From an uncultured Candidatus Saccharibacteria bacterium (GTDB lineage Bacteria; Patescibacteriota; Saccharimonadia; Saccharimonadales; CAIOMD01), in NCBI GenBank assembly GCA_964477125.1, contig CAYZCZ010000001.1:43790-107789 (forward strand): a stretch of 64,000 nucleotides of DNA. The letters are read 5' to 3'. Each line of letters begins with the position of its first letter. Position 1 is the first letter of the stretch. This document shows, in pieces, positions 62,481 to 64,000 of this stretch. The notes beneath the pieces were generated by a model. That model ran no database searches. It saw only the letters and a program-made list of their open reading frames with translations, and had not been told where the DNA came from. Made by a program: the position numbers and the translations under genes.

Positions 62481-62489
62481 GATAAGAAA

Positions 62490-63680
62490 ATGATAAATAT
62501 AATTAAAGAACATAAAAAATTATTCGCAGCAATAGCTATTGGTCTAGCGATACTAGTTGTATTTTTATGGTTGTTCATATTTAATAAATCATCTGAAGCT
62601 AAGCCAAAAATTTCTGAAGGCAAAGCAAAAATAGACAGTATATACGTATCTGTTGAAAATGATGGTGTAGTAACAGCAGAAAAAGTTGTACTTAACTTCG
62701 CGCAAGCCGGTACGCTTAAGGGCCTAAACTATAAAGTCGGGGACAAGGTTCAAGCTGGTGATCAACTGGCAGAATTGGATGAGTCAAAGCTAATAGCACA
62801 AGTTAGCCAGGCACAGTCTACATATTACGCAAATCTAGAAAAAGCTAATAGACTTTCACCTGGCGGTGAAGAAGTTGTATTGAAACAACGTGCGCTAGAT
62901 GCAACGCGTAGCGCACTGGCTGCAGAACAAAACATATACAATGATGTAGTCTCAAAATCCGGAGTAGGTAGTTCACAGGAGCTGGCAGAAGCCGCTAAGT
63001 TACGAAAAGCTGAAGCAGACGTAGCCAGTGCAGAAGCACAGCTAGCATTAACCAGTGCATCTAAAACTGATGCTCAGTACATAGCTAATGCTTCATATGC
63101 GAATCTACAGATTGCTAGAACGGCTGTTTATGATACAAGAATAATATCGCCAATATCAGGAATTATCACTGCTGTAAATGGTGCTATTGGCCAAACCGTA
63201 GGTGGAACCCAAGCAAATACTGCCGGTTTCATTACTGTTGCAAATCCAGCTTCGGCTGTATTAGTAAGTAACTTCGACGAAGAGGATATTGCCAAGATTA
63301 AAGTTGGACAGTCTATCAAAGCAGAGTTCACTTCCCTGAACACAACGTTAAACGGCACGGTCACTTATGTATCACCTATAGCTAAAATCGACCAGAACGG
63401 GGCCGCAACATATGAGGTAAGATCAACCTTTGACCCGAAGAACTATACTGTTCTCGACGGTATGAACGCGTCTATCAAATTCATCACTAAACAAGTAGAG
63501 AAAACTGTTGTTATCCCAAATAAAGCAGTAAAAATATCAGATGGCAAATCTTACGTTTCATTCTATGATGACAATCGTAATATAGCGACAAAGGCCGTAA
63601 CCACTGGATTTACAGATGGCAAATCCGTTAGCGTCACAACAGGCATGAATAGTGGTGATGAATATTTAATAATCGAATAA
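62490..63680 (+). CDS. HlyD/MacA-family periplasmic adaptor (membrane-fusion protein)
   Basis: TM anchor, biotinyl/lipoyl-like half-motifs, a long alpha-helical hairpin and a beta-barrel region. Confidence 0.8.
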   Translation: MINIIKEHKKLFAAIAIGLAILVVFLWLFIFNKSSEAKPKISEGKAKIDSIYVSVENDGVVTAEKVVLNFAQAGTLKGLNYKVGDKVQAGDQLAELDESKLIAQVSQAQSTYYANLEKANRLSPGGEEVVLKQRALDATRSALAAEQNIYNDVVSKSGVGSSQELAEAAKLRKAEADVASAEAQLALTSASKTDAQYIANASYANLQIARTAVYDTRIISPISGIITAVNGAIGQTVGGTQANTAGFITVANPASAVLVSNFDEEDIAKIKVGQSIKAEFTSLNTTLNGTVTYVSPIAKIDQNGAATYEVRSTFDPKNYTVLDGMNASIKFITKQVEKTVVIPNKAVKISDGKSYVSFYDDNRNIATKAVTTGFTDGKSVSVTTGMNSGDEYLIIE

Positions 63681-63682
63681 TT

Positions 63683-64000
63683 ATGTTAAAACCTATTATA
63701 AAAACCGATCATTTGTCAAAAAGCTATTTTCTAGGCAAGCAAAAGATAGATATTCTATTAGACATAAACTTCAGCATTATGCCAGGTGAATTTGTGGCTC
63801 TCATGGGTCCGTCAGGCTCTGGTAAATCGACGCTTATGAATATAATTGGCTGCTTAGATACTGTAAGTACAGGAGAATATTATTTAAATGGTCAGAATAT
63901 TGCAAGCAAAAATGATGACCAGCTAGCAGATATACGTAATAAAACAATTGGCTTTGTGTTCCAAACATTTAATTTGCTGCCTAAACTTAGTGCCTTAGAA
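63683..64000 (+). CDS. MacB-type ABC transporter ATP-binding protein, 5' part (runs off the window end)
   Basis: MLKPIIKTDHLSKSY..., with a GPSGSGKST Walker A. Confidence 0.85.
   Translation, partial: MLKPIIKTDHLSKSYFLGKQKIDILLDINFSIMPGEFVALMGPSGSGKSTLMNIIGCLDTVSTGEYYLNGQNIASKNDDQLADIRNKTIGFVFQTFNLLPKLSALE

Overview
This is a 64-kb chromosomal window from an AT-rich, tightly packed genome that reads cleanly under the standard genetic code. TGA is used as a stop, including in ATGA start/stop overlaps, and nearly all genes are intact.

Several gene-content features seen directly in the sequence point to a genome-reduced, Gram-positive-like (monoderm) organism, possibly from the Patescibacteria/CPR (Saccharibacteria-like). 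This is an inference, not a database result. Those features are a 131-aa ATP-synthase delta subunit, a RecR without its C4 zinc finger, no atpI, many tiny membrane proteins, and a RGG-tailed DEAD-box helicase.

Features in coordinate order:
- 3' end of rplL
- dnaX and dnaB
- a polytopic membrane protein
- ybaB-recR
- a DHH phosphoesterase
- cysS
- a yhhQ/tgt queuosine-salvage pair
- two GT4 glycosyltransferases and an alpha/beta hydrolase
- a complete F1Fo ATP synthase operon (atpBEFHAG-x-DC) with an extra small ORF between gamma and beta
- a phospholipid/membrane cluster: cls, a YqaA-like protein, a UbiA prenyltransferase, three tandem paralogous 4-TM mini-proteins, plsY and cdsA
- a HIT protein and a VKOR protein
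- a PLP-dependent Met-pathway enzyme preceded by a clear SAM-I (S-box) riboswitch
- capA, a DEAD-box helicase and ackA
- an 11-residue-repeat Gly/Val/Ala-rich protein
- an ABC-2 exporter and a SulP transporter
- a cyoABCDE-type quinol oxidase operon
- a PAS-GGDEF cyclase and purF
- a compositionally foreign, strongly signalled mini-cassette followed by a 628-aa coiled-coil protein of unknown function
- a HAD hydrolase
- an ECF sigma / anti-sigma / DUF2202-like / secreted-protein operon
- two tandem CNNM/CorC-type genes
- an I78-like inhibitor
- a MacAB/HlyD-type efflux operon that runs off the window end

I found no rRNA, tRNA, CRISPR array, transposase or integrase. The most unusual locus is the 50.35-52.74 kb cassette. 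Nothing in the window can be called a novel system with confidence from sequence alone.
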